Source: Octopus vulgaris (lineage: Eukaryota). From it: a stretch of 64,000 bases of DNA. Made by a program: the position numbers and the translations under genes. Shown one piece after another: positions 52,188 to 64,000 of this stretch. Below the pieces are notes generated by a model that saw nothing but the letters and a program-made list of their open reading frames with translations, did not search any database and was not told where the DNA came from. The first letter of the stretch is position 1. Each line of letters starts with the position of its first letter. The stretch lies in NCBI GenBank assembly GCA_951406725.2, contig OX597814.1, positions 108,810,001 through 108,874,000 of the forward strand. Reading direction: 5' to 3'.

Positions 52188-52397
52188 TTATCTTTTGCTT
52201 GTTTCAGTCATTAGATTGTGGCCATGCTGGGGCACCACCTTGAAGAATTTAGTTGAATGAATCAATTCCTGTACTTGTTGTTTTTAAAGCCTAGTACTTA
52301 TTCTATCAGTCTCTTTTACCAAACTGCTAAGTTACGGGGGACGTAAACACACCAACACCAGTTGTCAAGTGGTGAGAGGGACACACACAAGGATATA

Positions 52398-52451
<54 letters not shown>

Positions 52452-52505
52452 ATGGGCTTCTTTCAATTTCCTTCTACCAAATCCACTCACAGGGCTTTGG
52501 TTAGC
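52188..52505 (-). mobile_element. SINE family A, 3' part
   Basis: TGTGGCCATGCTGGGGCACCACC..GCTAAGTTACGGGG..CCAAATCCACTCAC. Confidence 0.82.
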
Positions 52506-52819
52506 CTGTAGCGAACACTCAAGTGAAAGCTCATTAAGCAGAAGTAATATAAGAGTGTCCCAAGTGGGTTTGATAACAATAACTATTTAATAACAATATC
52601 TGTGATTATAATCAATGGCTTTGACTGTATGTAACGATATATGTGGCCTTTTGAACACGCTCAAAATATCCAGTGGCTGAACAAGCTGGTCCCCCTCACA
52701 CACACAATACTGTGGCACTGTTGTACTATTCTATATGCAGTCTTATGTATTTGAAAATATAACTAAAACTATGAAAGATGCTTCTCATCATCCTTATCCT
52801 CCTCCTCATCATCATCATC

Positions 52820-53100
52820 TTCATCATTTAACAACTGTTTTCTATGCTGGCATGGGTTGGATGGCTTGACAGGAGCTGGCAAACTAGAGAGCTACACCAG
52901 GTCCCAAATGTCTGTTTTGGCATGGTTTCTACAGCTGGATGCCCTTTCTAACACCAACCACTTTACACAGTGTACTGGGTGCTTTTTATGTGGCACTAGC
53001 ATGGGAGCTTTATACATGGCACTAGCATGGGTGCTTTATATGTGACACCAGCACAGGTACCTTATATATGGTGCCAGCATGGGTGCTTTTTATGTGGTAT
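52820..53100 (-). mobile_element. RTE-type tail with a ~27-bp internal tandem repeat (about 5 copies)
   Basis: GGTGCTTT..TGTGGCACTAGCATGG repeated after the conserved tail. Confidence 0.75.
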
Positions 53101-53327
53101 CATCTCTGTTTAAAATTTATGCAATCCTGTTAAGGGTATTATTTTTTTATCTGATGTGAAATGAAATAATTACTAAAATGTTAATTTCAGAAATGTACTT
53201 ACCTGGCAAGTGATTTAATTTGAGAGTGTGTGTTGAAGCTAAAATAATTACAGCTTAAAAGTCACATAACACATATTAGCCATTCAAAACTGGTTAACTT
53301 CATTTAAATACTTATTATTTGGTAATA

Positions 53328-53436
53328 CAGTTCTATATTTAAGAGATGAGGAATTATGTACATTATTTACATTTGATGGATAATGTGTTAACAACAGACA
53401 AGCTGAGGACAAATATCCATCAAATGTAAATAATGT
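53328..53436. mobile_element. Miniature fold-back of the family H1 3' terminus
   Basis: CAGTTCTATATTTAAGAGATGAGGAATTATG.ACATTATTTACATTTG matches 20687-20735, followed by an opposite-orientation copy ending ATCCATCAAATGTAAATAATGT. Confidence 0.7.
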
Positions 53437-54107
53437 TATTATTTGGTGTTAAAATTTTCATTTACCAAATGCAACCTGGCTACCAACATGGTTCCACTAC
53501 AATTCTTTAAATTTATGTGAAGTTAACAGTTTTTGTGTGCTTTTGAATGGCTAAAGTGCGTTTTCCAGGCTGTAATTGTTAAAATATTAATGTGTTGCAT
53601 GCAGACATTTTCTCCAATTTTAAGGAAATTTGTAAGAAATTAAGAAAAATATATATTGTTTATAAATGCACTCAAATTTTCTAGCCAACTGGCAGACAGA
53701 TGTTTTGTGTGCAAAAATAGTTGTTTTTATAGCTTAGTGTCTCTGATAATAAATGAGGTAGATAGAAAGATAGATAGAGAGAGAGAGAAATATTTCAATG
53801 TATTTGGGACAAAAAAGCTTATATTTTATTCTAACACTAGTTTCTATCAAAATAACTAAATAAGACTATAAATGCTGGTTTTTAGAAACTATTAATTCTA
53901 ATACTCTAATTGATGTCTGTTGTACAGGCAATTATTTGACAATTTGACAGTTTATCAGAGTGAAGCATTGCAATGATGTGTCTTTTTTTTTTTAATTATG
54001 ATTTTTTTTTTCATGTCTCATAATTTTTGTATTTTACACAATTATTTGTCCTGTAATCAAATGAAATTTTGAAATTATATATAATTCATGTTAATTGAAT
54101 AATAAAT

Positions 54108-54260
54108 ATTGGTTTCAAATTTTGGCACAAGGCCAGCAATTTTGGGGGAGGGAGTAAGTTGATTACATCGACCCCAATATTCAACTGGTTCTTATTTTAT
54201 TGGTCCCAAAAAGATGAAAGGCAAAGTCAACCTCTGTGGAATTTGAATTCAGAATGTAAA
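54108..54260 (-). mobile_element. SINE family B fragment
   Basis: GATGAAAGGCAAAGTCAACC..GAATTTGAATTCAGAA. Confidence 0.75.
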
Positions 54261-54299
54261 AATTGAATAACAAATATTAAAATCTTCAAATTTCTATAT

Positions 54300-54470
54300 A
54301 TAGGCAATTGCATGACTGTGTGGTTAAGGAGCTTGCTTTGTTACCAAGTGGTTTGGGGTTCATTCTCAGTACGGAGCACCTTGGACAAGTGTCTTCTTCT
54401 ATAGTCCCAGATTGACAAATGGCTGTGAGTGAATTTGGCAGACAGAAACTGTGTGGAAGCTTGTTGTGTT

Positions 54471-54505
<35 letters not shown>

Positions 54506-54702
54506 TTGTGTTTGTTCGTCCTTCATCTTAGCTTGACATCAAGTTTTGATTTATTTACATCTCCATAACTTAGCAGTTCAGGAAAAGAGACCAATAAAAT
54601 AAGTACCATTAAAATTAGTATTGAAGGGGATTTGTTTGACTGAACCCACCAAGGTGGTGCCCCAGCATGGCCACGGCCCAATGTCTGAAACAAGTAAAAG
54701 AT
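54300..54702 (+). mobile_element. SINE family A, diverged full-length copy
   Basis: Head, CORE-like ACCTTGGACAAGT, microsatellite and tail all present. Confidence 0.8.
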
Positions 54703-54796
54703 AATAAATTGATATCAATTAAATTTTCTTAATAAATGTGAAGTATATTTAAATAATGTGATGGCTTCCAAGTTAGAACTCATTATTAAGTCAAAA

Positions 54797-55347
54797 TTTG
54801 GTTCCAATCCCCCGAGGTCAACTTTGCCTTTCATCCTACTGGTGTCAATCTAATCGACTAGCCCCCTCCCCAAGAATTTTGGGCCTTGTGCCTAGAGTAG
54901 AAAAGACTATTTGGTTCCAATCTACCGAGGTTGACTTTGCCTTTCATCCTTTCAGGGTCAATAAGTTAAGTACCAGTTACATACTGGGGTTGATCTAATC
55001 AACTAGCCCCCTCCCCCAAGATTTCGGGCCTTGTGCCTAGAGTAGAAAAGACTATTTGGTTCCAATCCACCGAGGTTGACTTTGCCTTCCATCCTTTCAG
55101 GGTCAATAAATTAAATACCAGTTACATACTGGGGTTGATCTAATCGACTAGCCCCCTCCCCCAAGATTTCGGGTCTTGTGCTTAGAGTAGAAAAGACTAT
55201 TTGGTTCTAATCTGCTGAGGTCGACTTTGCTTTTCATCCTTTTGGGGGGGGATCGATAAATTAAATACCAGTTGCATACTGGGTCGATCTAATTGACTGG
55301 TCCCCTCCCTTAAAATTTCAGGTCTTGTGCCTAGAGTAGAAAAGAAT
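54797..55347 (+). repeat. Tandem array of a headless SINE B unit (145-bp period, 4 units)
   Basis: Units start at ~54797, 54909, 55054 and 55199 with shared junction GTAGAAAAGACTATTTGGTTC. Confidence 0.88.
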
Positions 55348-55417
55348 TTTAGATGGAAGAGATTAGTCAGTCACGGATAACCTATCCATAGAAGAGATTG
55401 AACCTGACCCTGTAAAG

Positions 55418-55667
55418 CAGTGGTCTTCAATAGTTTTTGCCTATGGACTCTTTTGATTCCTATTTTACTTGAGTGGACCTTCATAGCTATTTGATGTTTA
55501 AAAGTATTATTATATTTTTTAATTAAATATTATTAGAAATTGTCTATAAAAATTGATAAAACATTTTGCGTATTGTAGAAATATAATGAACTTATTACAC
55601 ATTTTTAACAACAAAATTTTACATGGAGCCCCAAAGGGCCATATAAGACCCTGGTTGAGAACAGTTG
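55418..55667. mobile_element. Old hAT-type MITE
   Basis: CAGTGGTCTTCAA .. GGTTGAGAACAGTTG imperfect TIR with TATGGAC/ATGGAGCCCC subterminal motifs. Confidence 0.55.
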
Positions 55668-57401
55668 TAAGTTCTACAGTCCTGATTCTACTGAATCAAT
55701 GAATTATACCATTTGTTTGTTCATTTTATGTCCATTTTTCCATATTTGCAAAAATCTTTCTATCATAGATGCCTTTCCTGTTGACAACCTTCACTTGTTT
55801 TCAAGCAAGCAAATATTTCCCCATGGCTGGATGTGCTTTCTCAGCATATTGTAAATAAATGGCACTGCTTGTATGACAACAATGCTCATTTACAACTATC
55901 ACATGATGTTAAAACCAAGAGACACACACATACACACACTCTTTCTAAAACCCAAGAAAACAAATTCAACTCCAAATTTTTTTTCAACTAACTCACAGAT
56001 ATATAAAAGGTATGCATTTTCTGTAAGAAATCATTGATGATGAATCCCTAAAAGGAATGAAAGCACTAAATAAACGACTTTTATCCAAATCTTGACCATC
56101 TCCTTTTTCTTAATTTACACATACACACCTCGGGCATCTTTCAGTGTCTGTCTTTCAAATCCACTCAAGTAGAAGACACTTGCCCAAGGTGCCACACAGT
56201 AGGACTGAACCTGAAACCATGCAGTTGGAAAGTAAACTTCTTAACCACACAACCATATTTTACAGTTGATAAAGTGTTTTAAACTCAAGAAGTATTTCAA
56301 ATTGTCAAATATTATATCTCACTGAATATTAATATCTTGCATTATCTCCTAATTAAATTTAAGTTTATGCCCAGGAGTAATTCTGTGATTGCTCGTTAAA
56401 TAATGAAATCTATTTTATGCTGTTCAAATATTGGGAATTTGTGGAGCAAAAGGTCCCTGATTATGAAATTGCATGAAATATGGATTAATATGGCTCACAG
56501 CAACATTGCTGAGAATGATACCATTTAACTAGAACTAAATAACTATAATCATTATTTTACATTCACTTTCCTGTGCTGGCATGGGTGGAATTGCACTAAG
56601 TTAATTTTTATATGGAGCTACTTCCCTTGCAGATGGATCACAAGCCATATGTTTAATTTTTGGCCTGATTTCTACCACTGGATGCCTTTTATGTTACCAA
56701 CCACCTTACAGAGTGTTCTGGGAATAGTTGACTGTAGCACCAGTAGTAGAGAGGGTGCTTTGTCTCCAGTAAGTCTAAATCTCTCTCTCTGTGCTATCTT
56801 TGTTCTTCCATCAGTCTCTTTACTGAGTGTACTGGGTGCATTTTATCATGGCACCAGCACTAGAGAAGTTGTCTGGCATGTGGCAAGACCAAAGAGTCCT
56901 TTCCAACCTATGTTGTTTGTGTGCATTCTGTCCAGTATCAGAAAGTTGTTTCATCCCCAGCAGATGGAAGAGTGATGAAAGATGACTAGAGCAACTGGGT
57001 AATAGATAGAGAGAGAGAGAGTTATGGAAGAGAATCAGTGGTGATAGAGGAATAGTAATGGAGAGAATGAGAGAGATTATCAGCTATAAGGTGGTTGTTG
57101 ATGAGGTAGTTGAATAGAAATAGCCCAAATGGTGTGAGGAGAGAAGAGACATATTATTAAAATATAAAAAGTATGGTGTATTTTTGATTAATTAAGGAAA
57201 AGGCAAAAGCTGGCACATCCACAAACCATGAGAGTCTCTACACAGTCTTTTAATCTGCTGGAAAGAGCAATGAAGTCCTCCTCAAACACACTCTACCCTC
57301 TTTAAAACTAAAGGACAAAAGATAAGATAGTCATGACAAGAATGTCATTGGTCATTAATCTACTCAATTAGGGCTGACCTGGTGTTAAACAACAACGAGA
57401 C

Positions 57402-57620
57402 ATTCTTTTATTCATTTCATTCATTTGACTGCAGCCATGCTGGAGCACCACCTTTAGTCGAACAAATCAACCCCAGGACTTATTCTTTTTAAGCCTAGTA
57501 CTTATTCTATTGGTCTCTTTTGCCGAACTGCTAAGTTACAGGGATGTAAACACACTAACATCAGTTGTCAAGTGATGCTGGGGGACAAACACAGACACAC
57601 AAACATATGCATTCACACAT

Positions 57621-57667
<47 letters not shown>

Positions 57668-57832
57668 ATGACAGGCTTCTTTCAGTTTCCGTCTACCAAA
57701 TCCACTCACAAGGCTTTGGTTGGCCTGAGGCTATAGTAGAAGACACTTGCCCAAGGTGTCATGCAGTGGGACTGAACCCATAACCGTGTGGTTGGGAAGC
57801 AAGCTACTTACCACACAGCCACTCCTGCACCT
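57402..57832 (-). mobile_element. SINE family A, full length
   Basis: Reverse complement of the 981-1388 family. Confidence 0.88.
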
Positions 57833-57899
57833 ATTTACATTTTTCAACAGTGGTGCCCCAGCATGACCACAGCTTTAAAGCTGAAAGAATTGAAAGAAT

Positions 57900-58145
57900 C
57901 ATCATCATCGTTTAATGTCCGCTTTCCATACTAGCATGGGTTGGACGGTTCAACTGGGGTCTGGGAAGCCAGAAGGCTGCACCATGCCCAGTCTGATCTG
58001 GCAGTGTTTCTACAGCTGGATGCCCTTCCTAACGCCAACCACTCCGTGAGTATAGTGGGTGCTTTTTACATGCTGCCGGCACAGGTGCCAGACGAGGCTG
58101 GCAACGGCCACGATCGGATGGTGCTTTTTACGTGCCACCGGCATG
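57900..58145 (-). mobile_element. RTE 3' UTR/tail fragment
   Basis: Very similar to 3915-4165. Confidence 0.87.
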
Positions 58146-58235
58146 GATATATATTCATATATATTCATATTATTATTAATAATATATTCATTATTAACTT
58201 TTAAATAATCATATATCCTGCCACCAGTAAAGACA

Positions 58236-58540
58236 TGTGGATTAGTGGTTAGGGTATTTGGCTCTCGATCATAAGATTATGAGTTCGATTCCTGGTGGCT
58301 CATTGTGTCCTTGAGCAAGACACTTTATTTCACATTGCTCCAGTCCACTCAACTGGCAAAAATGAGTTGTACTTGTAGTTCAAAAGGCCAGCTTCATCAC
58401 ATTCTGTGTCAAGCTGAATCTCCTTGAAAACTACATTAAGGGTACGCATGTCAACCACTTACCCATTAGTTTCACAAGTAAGCTCTTCCATTGATCGGAT
58501 CAACTGGGACCCTCCTCACCATAACCAACAGAGTGCCAGT
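58236..58540 (+). mobile_element. SINE family C-related copy
   Basis: TTAGTGGTTAGGG..GAGTTCGATTCC..GTGTCCTTGAGCAAGACACTT. Confidence 0.75.
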
Positions 58541-60039
58541 TATTGTTATTCTGCCACCAATCATAGCAATTGTACTGTAGAAATGCTTACTATATTTCTG
58601 CCAGTATGAACCTACACATATAGCCATCACTAGTTGTGATGTCAGTGCTTTTGTATTTGGAGTAGAGACCCTTAAACGGAGACCAAGAGCTCAATTACAC
58701 ACTGACACACAGTCGCATGCAGGATTGGGTAGATTCAAGTTGCTCTTAGATGTTTCTAAATGGGTGTATTAAAGAAGAAGCAGATTGCAGGTGGAGGATG
58801 AATAGAGGGTGCAAGCTGGAGCAATCTATCAGTGAACATGGAGTACAGTAGGACTTCTGTATCTACATATTTGACAAATTCTTTGAAAATATAAGATCTT
58901 GTGTTTGTGTGTAGCAATGGAAGTTTGGGTTTAGGGGTGTCCCACCAAAAATAAAACATCTGTAATTGCCTGTTGGAAACAAAAGTACAGAGTATAAGGA
59001 AAGAATAATGGAGCTAAAACAAGGATTTGTTGAAATTAGCTCTATTCAGCCCCTCTTCATTTGTCTGGAATGATTTTTTGGAGTAAATTTTGCACACACA
59101 CACACACATAGTGAGAGGGAGAAAAAGCAAGAGGAAATTAGCATTTAATTTCTCTTGCTCTGCTAAAGTTTAAATGTATGTATGTATTTATTTTACAAAT
59201 CAACTTAGTAACACTAATGTAGATTATACTTTTAAGTCTAATTATACACAATTCTCTTTAAGAGGATTATTGAAATAACATTTCTATCATTAATAGCGTA
59301 CATAATTGGTAGGTGTTTAATTACGAAAATAAAGACCATATACATAGGTATGCTATTTGTAGACAAACAACCATTATTGGCCGACAACTATATCAATGTA
59401 AAAGTGTAGGTCAGAGATAGTTGTGTTAGTCCATTTACTGTGAGTATTTTTCTCAAGTAGCTGAAGTATATGATAATGAGGCTTTAATTAATTAAGTTTA
59501 ATGCAAGTGAAACAAACCCTGTGATATTTTGATGTAATTAGCAATTTTATAAAATACTAGAGTTCATTGTTTTAATAATGTAGATCTGTAATGAAAATAA
59601 CCTTAATAAGCAGACTTGTGGCCTGGAGGTCAAACTTATTGCACTACATATATGTGTGTGTGTGTGTGTATCATCAGAACTATCGTCATAATTTTAACGT
59701 GTACTTTTCCATGCTTCAATGGATCAGTGTTTTGCAAAATAGATTTTCTATGGTCAGATGCCCTTCCCATTACCAAAACCTCATCCGTTTCCAAACAAGG
59801 TAATATCTCCTCATGACCAGACCAGAATTCACAGAATATCTGAAATGAACGACACTGCTTGTAAGACAGTGGCACTCATTTACAACTATCACTGGAGATA
59901 CAAACATACACTCGCTTATGCTCACTCACGCACATGCGCACAAACACATACAGTGTGTGTGTTTAGTACTAACTGTTGGGGAAAAAAGTGTACATGATAC
60001 CATAGTAGGGATTCATAATTTATTTTATTTTGTTAAAGT

Positions 60040-60160
60040 CAGTTTTCTTGCTAGTCTGAGTTTTACCTGTGAATGTACAGGCTCTTCAGGCAAGTTATGA
60101 CTGAAGATCAGTCATAACTTGCCACAAGATTCTGAAGCTCAAAGTAGCAAGAAACTAACT
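60040..60160. repeat. Hairpin with perfect 16-bp inner arms and imperfect outer arms
   Basis: GGCAAGTTATGACTGA-AGA-TCAGTCATAACTTGCC; outer arms TTTCTTGCTA / TAGCAAGAAA. Confidence 0.7.
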
Positions 60161-63100
60161 CAGCCAAATTAAAATATATTATATGTACACATACACACAA
60201 CAGGCTTCTTTCAGTTTTTGTCTACCAAATCCACTCGCAAGGCTTTGGCTGATGTTGTTCATTTCAGTTTTTCTGTGGAAAACCTGGCTGGCCATGGAGA
60301 AGTATTACTTTGCTTGGAATAGGCAAGGTTGGTGATAGGAAGGGTATCCAGCTATAAACAAAGCTACCACAACAAATTCTATCTGACTAATGCCAGCATG
60401 GAAGAGTAAACTTCAAACAATGATGAGGATGAGGATGATGATGGTGAACAGTTTATCAAACTCTTTTAAGAAATATATATGGTTTATCAGAAACATTATG
60501 TATAAAGGTGTAACATTAAATATTAAAAGCTTGCTGAAAATTTTTTAGCAATTTCAAATGTAAAATATTTAAGCACTTTCAGAAGTAAAAAAAACAACAA
60601 AATCAATAAATCTTGGTAGTTGTCATCATCATCATTGATTTAATGTTCACTTTGCTATGTTTGCATGGATCAGGCAGGATTCATTGAGACAGATTTCTGA
60701 GTTCCTTTCCTGTCACCAACCTTCACAACCTAAGCAAGGTAGTATTTTACCATGACTTGATATGTTTGCATGAAAGATTGGAAGCAGAGACACTGCTTGT
60801 GTGGTGGTGACACTCGTTTACAGCTGTTGTGTGACATAAAGATAGGAAGACACAATTTCTTGCCCATACACCTACTCACACACTGGCTTCTTTCAGTTTT
60901 TGTCTGTCAGATTTCAAATCCACTCGAGAGGCTTTGATCAGCCTAAGGCCATAAGAGATGGTTGCCCAAAGTGCAATGCAGTGGGACTGAACTCCAAGAC
61001 ATGTGGTTGAGAAGCAAGCTTCTGAATCACACAGCCTCAAAACCGTACATCAACGAAGCTCATTACTTTCAGCTAAACTCCCACAGCAATAATTGAAGAC
61101 TATAAAACACCCATGGGAACAGCCATATGTAGATTAAGTGGCTTTTATTATGTTGTTGGGAAATACTTTAACCTAGAAAACATTATCTAAAATAAAGCAT
61201 GTTGAAATATTCTGAAATGTTGTGATTTCACCCCAGTCTAACAGTAATAAAATATTAATTAATTCAATACTGTTGAGACAAGGCAATCAGTAAAAATAAT
61301 TGCTATCAGTGTTTCAGTTTGTCCAAGTATACCGATATAGCTTTACAATCCAACTGAGTTAACGTGAAAAGACTGTAGAATATGTTGCAAATAAATTCAG
61401 CTATGAGATTCAATCAATAGAAAAGGTGAAGATAATGACAGTATAATAGCTAAATTACCACTGAAAGGAAATGCTGCTTTTACTGATCCTAGACGCTTGC
61501 TGCTGTAGACAACTAAATAGATTTTTTTATGCTATGAATAAACTAGTGTATCCATGTGAATATAAAGCAAACAAATGCCTAAAATGTAGACATATTGGAT
61601 ACTAACATGGATATACGTAGGCATTGTGCTATTTCTCTAAAGTTTTCTGATCATCCTGATTATCAAGCGAGAACTAGTGTTACTTGAATTATGAGTGGTA
61701 ACTTTGCAAGTATACTTTTGTCACCATGGGTAATATCATGAAATATGGCATGCAAAAGATAATTTAACTTTTAATAAATTTCTTGGTGCTTATAGCAAAA
61801 TGATGAAATCATCATCATTTAATGTCTGTGTTCCATGCTAGCATGGGTGGAACAGTACCACAAGAGCCCCAGCTTGTGACTGTTTTGGCAGGATTTTTAC
61901 AGCTGGATGCCCTTCCTAACACCAACCACTCAGCAAAGTGGACTAGATGGTTGACAATCCTGTATCTGCATGTGAAGTGTTACAAATGAGACATGCACCT
62001 CTTGGTTCATATGCCACTTGTGTCTATGGTTCCAATTCCTCTCTCAGTAATCTCACATATACACAGTCACAGTGGTTTATTTACCTTTCACAATGAAATA
62101 AAATTTTGGCAATATGGCTGTCAAGTTTCAGTTCTTTTAAAAGTTGTTTTGACTTGAACTTCCAGAACTTCAATGTTCCATCTGCTCCAGCTGTGACAGT
62201 GATTTGGTTATTGGCATTGACAGCAATGCCAATGAATAATAATTTTCAAAAGAAAAAATATTTATTACGTTAAAATTAAACAAAATAACTTTCTCATTTA
62301 TTTATTTGCAATAGAATTGTTAGTGCATCAGACAAAATGCTTAGTACTATTTCCTTCAGATTTTTACATTCTGAGTTCAAACCCCATAGAGGTCAACTTT
62401 GCTTTTCAGTCTTTCAGGGTCATTAAAATGATGCCTTGTATCGAAGATTGGAACAGTTGTTTTTCTAAATTTTATCAACAATTTATCAAAAATTCATCTC
62501 TACAAAATTTGAAGTTCTTCCATAATCACTCTGTCATTTACTTCTCCTTCTCAATCTTTGTGATTCTTTTCTATCTTCCACTGTGTGGCTGTGGCATTGC
62601 TTTACTCATTGTCTACCAGCAAGCTTACGCGCACTCATTCTACACCTGTTACTTTCACTCTCTATATATCTCTTTTACTTTCTTTCCTTCTCTCAATATG
62701 ATATAATACATGGCTGAATAAATCTGCCAACCATCATATGTACCAGCTATTATTAAATAGTAATATAACTTGAAGACAATCAAGTAATTTATGCATTTGT
62801 GTACTTTACAAGAATGAACCAGTTTCAGTTTTAAAATTAGACAGATAGCTAACACTTTATTCTGGACTTGTCAGTGATATGTAGTAACTTGGCAGTGTTG
62901 TCAGAGCATTGGATAGACTGTACTGAGACTTGCAGTTGTGAGTTCAAATTGCACTGAGATCAACTTTGCAATTTAATGTTTCAGGATGAATTTTAGAAAA
63001 AAGTAGTATTCTAGGCTGGTGGCTTCCCAGAGCTGTAACAACATCAGACTGAATGCCTTGTGGTATTCATTCCTGCTGTTTGTATTCTGAGTTTAAATCC

Positions 63101-64000
63101 CTCCATGGCCTACTTGGGTGGCAGACTTAATCCGTTGCCCAGTTTAACCATACTACCTGACATCTTGGGTGCCTTTGGAGGAGGAGTCCATTCCATTGCA
63201 GGCCTTCAGACCAAGTCTCTGGTTAAAGAGTATCTTTCTTACTCATTGCCTCCTGTAACAACTCATGGACCCTGTTCTTTTGTCCTCACTAAGCAATCAC
63301 TTCCAGACCTCTAAAAACTTGCTCCCTCTTAATTAAACAACTGTTGAGTACAAAGCACAAGCTATGTGAAATTTATGTTTTGCTTCCTTCATTCTGAATA
63401 TGTTGCTTCTGGGGGATCATTTTAGTTGATTGTATATATACATGGAAGTTGGTCCCACTTGGATTTACTGCAATGTAATAACGCATTGGTGTTTAACAAC
63501 CTATTATTAATCAAGTCCTTAATTACCATTGGTTTATCTTTTAATGTTTACACATTGGTTCTCTATATTAGGGGTTGGCAAAGCAGTCAGTTTAATCCCT
63601 GGGAAGGTGTCTAGTCTAGGGGCTAATGAACACATGAACTGATTTTGAGTGTTAAGGGTTCTAAATTATTAGTTAACCGAATCTAGAAGACTGCTGCAAT
63701 TTAAGGCTTAAACTAATTTCCAGCAAAATATCAGTGCGATAACTAGTGTTCATCAAACAAATAATTCATAATAAATATTCCAACAATATCAATATGACTG
63801 AATTTTTATTGGTCTTTATCAATTTCATTAAGCATTTTAATTAAATTTCTTTAAATATCTCTTATTAATAAGCTGTAATGACAGAAAGAAAAAAATAACA
63901 AAACCAAAAAAAAAACAAAAAGGAATTATTGTTTTAAAATCAAGAATTTTTTTTGTTAATTATACTTTTTAATTTTATTTTAGAAATTTACATGATGAGG

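Noticed and set aside
53196-53240. TACTTACCTGGCA resembling the U1 snRNA 5' end, or a 36-nt minus-strand micro-exon (53203-53238)
   Set aside because: No U1 body follows; AG/GTAAGT signals exist but there is no partner exon or recognisable peptide
62317-62745. 129-aa hydrophobic ORF; faint Harbinger-transposase-like wording on the minus strand
   Set aside because: The ORF begins in a SINE B copy and is T-rich; the transposase similarity is too weak to support
63965-64000. Strong acceptor TTTTATTTTAG at 63983, possible downstream exon
   Set aside because: Only 17 nt visible; joining in phase 0 to the 40877 exon gives KFT-stop, so it cannot be supported as the next exon

Overview
AT-rich, repeat-saturated animal genomic DNA, most likely an octopus (coleoid cephalopod), inferred from the tRNA/CORE-type SINE families, RTE LINEs and extreme (TA)n/(CA)n/(GAT)n density. 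Almost all ORF-track entries are microsatellite artefacts or retroelement fragments. Recognisable elements: a near-full-length but disrupted RTE LINE tail-to-tail with a second copy, CR1-, R4/Dong-, Tx1- and other RTE-clade fragments, Penelope-like element (PLE) RT and GIY-YIG fragments, a non-autonomous Helitron, hAT-type and other MITEs, and three SINE families. One probable host first coding exon (37 codons, 40877-40987) lies in a repeat-poor, CpG-retaining island. The most notable signal is a set of unrelated short fold-back elements next to microsatellites, several carrying minimal type I hammerhead ribozyme motifs of the PLE type. One also has a tRNA B-box, suggesting several non-autonomous, ribozyme-bearing PLE derivatives (retrozyme/SINE-like). 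All calls were made by eye; boundaries are approximate unless termini are quoted.
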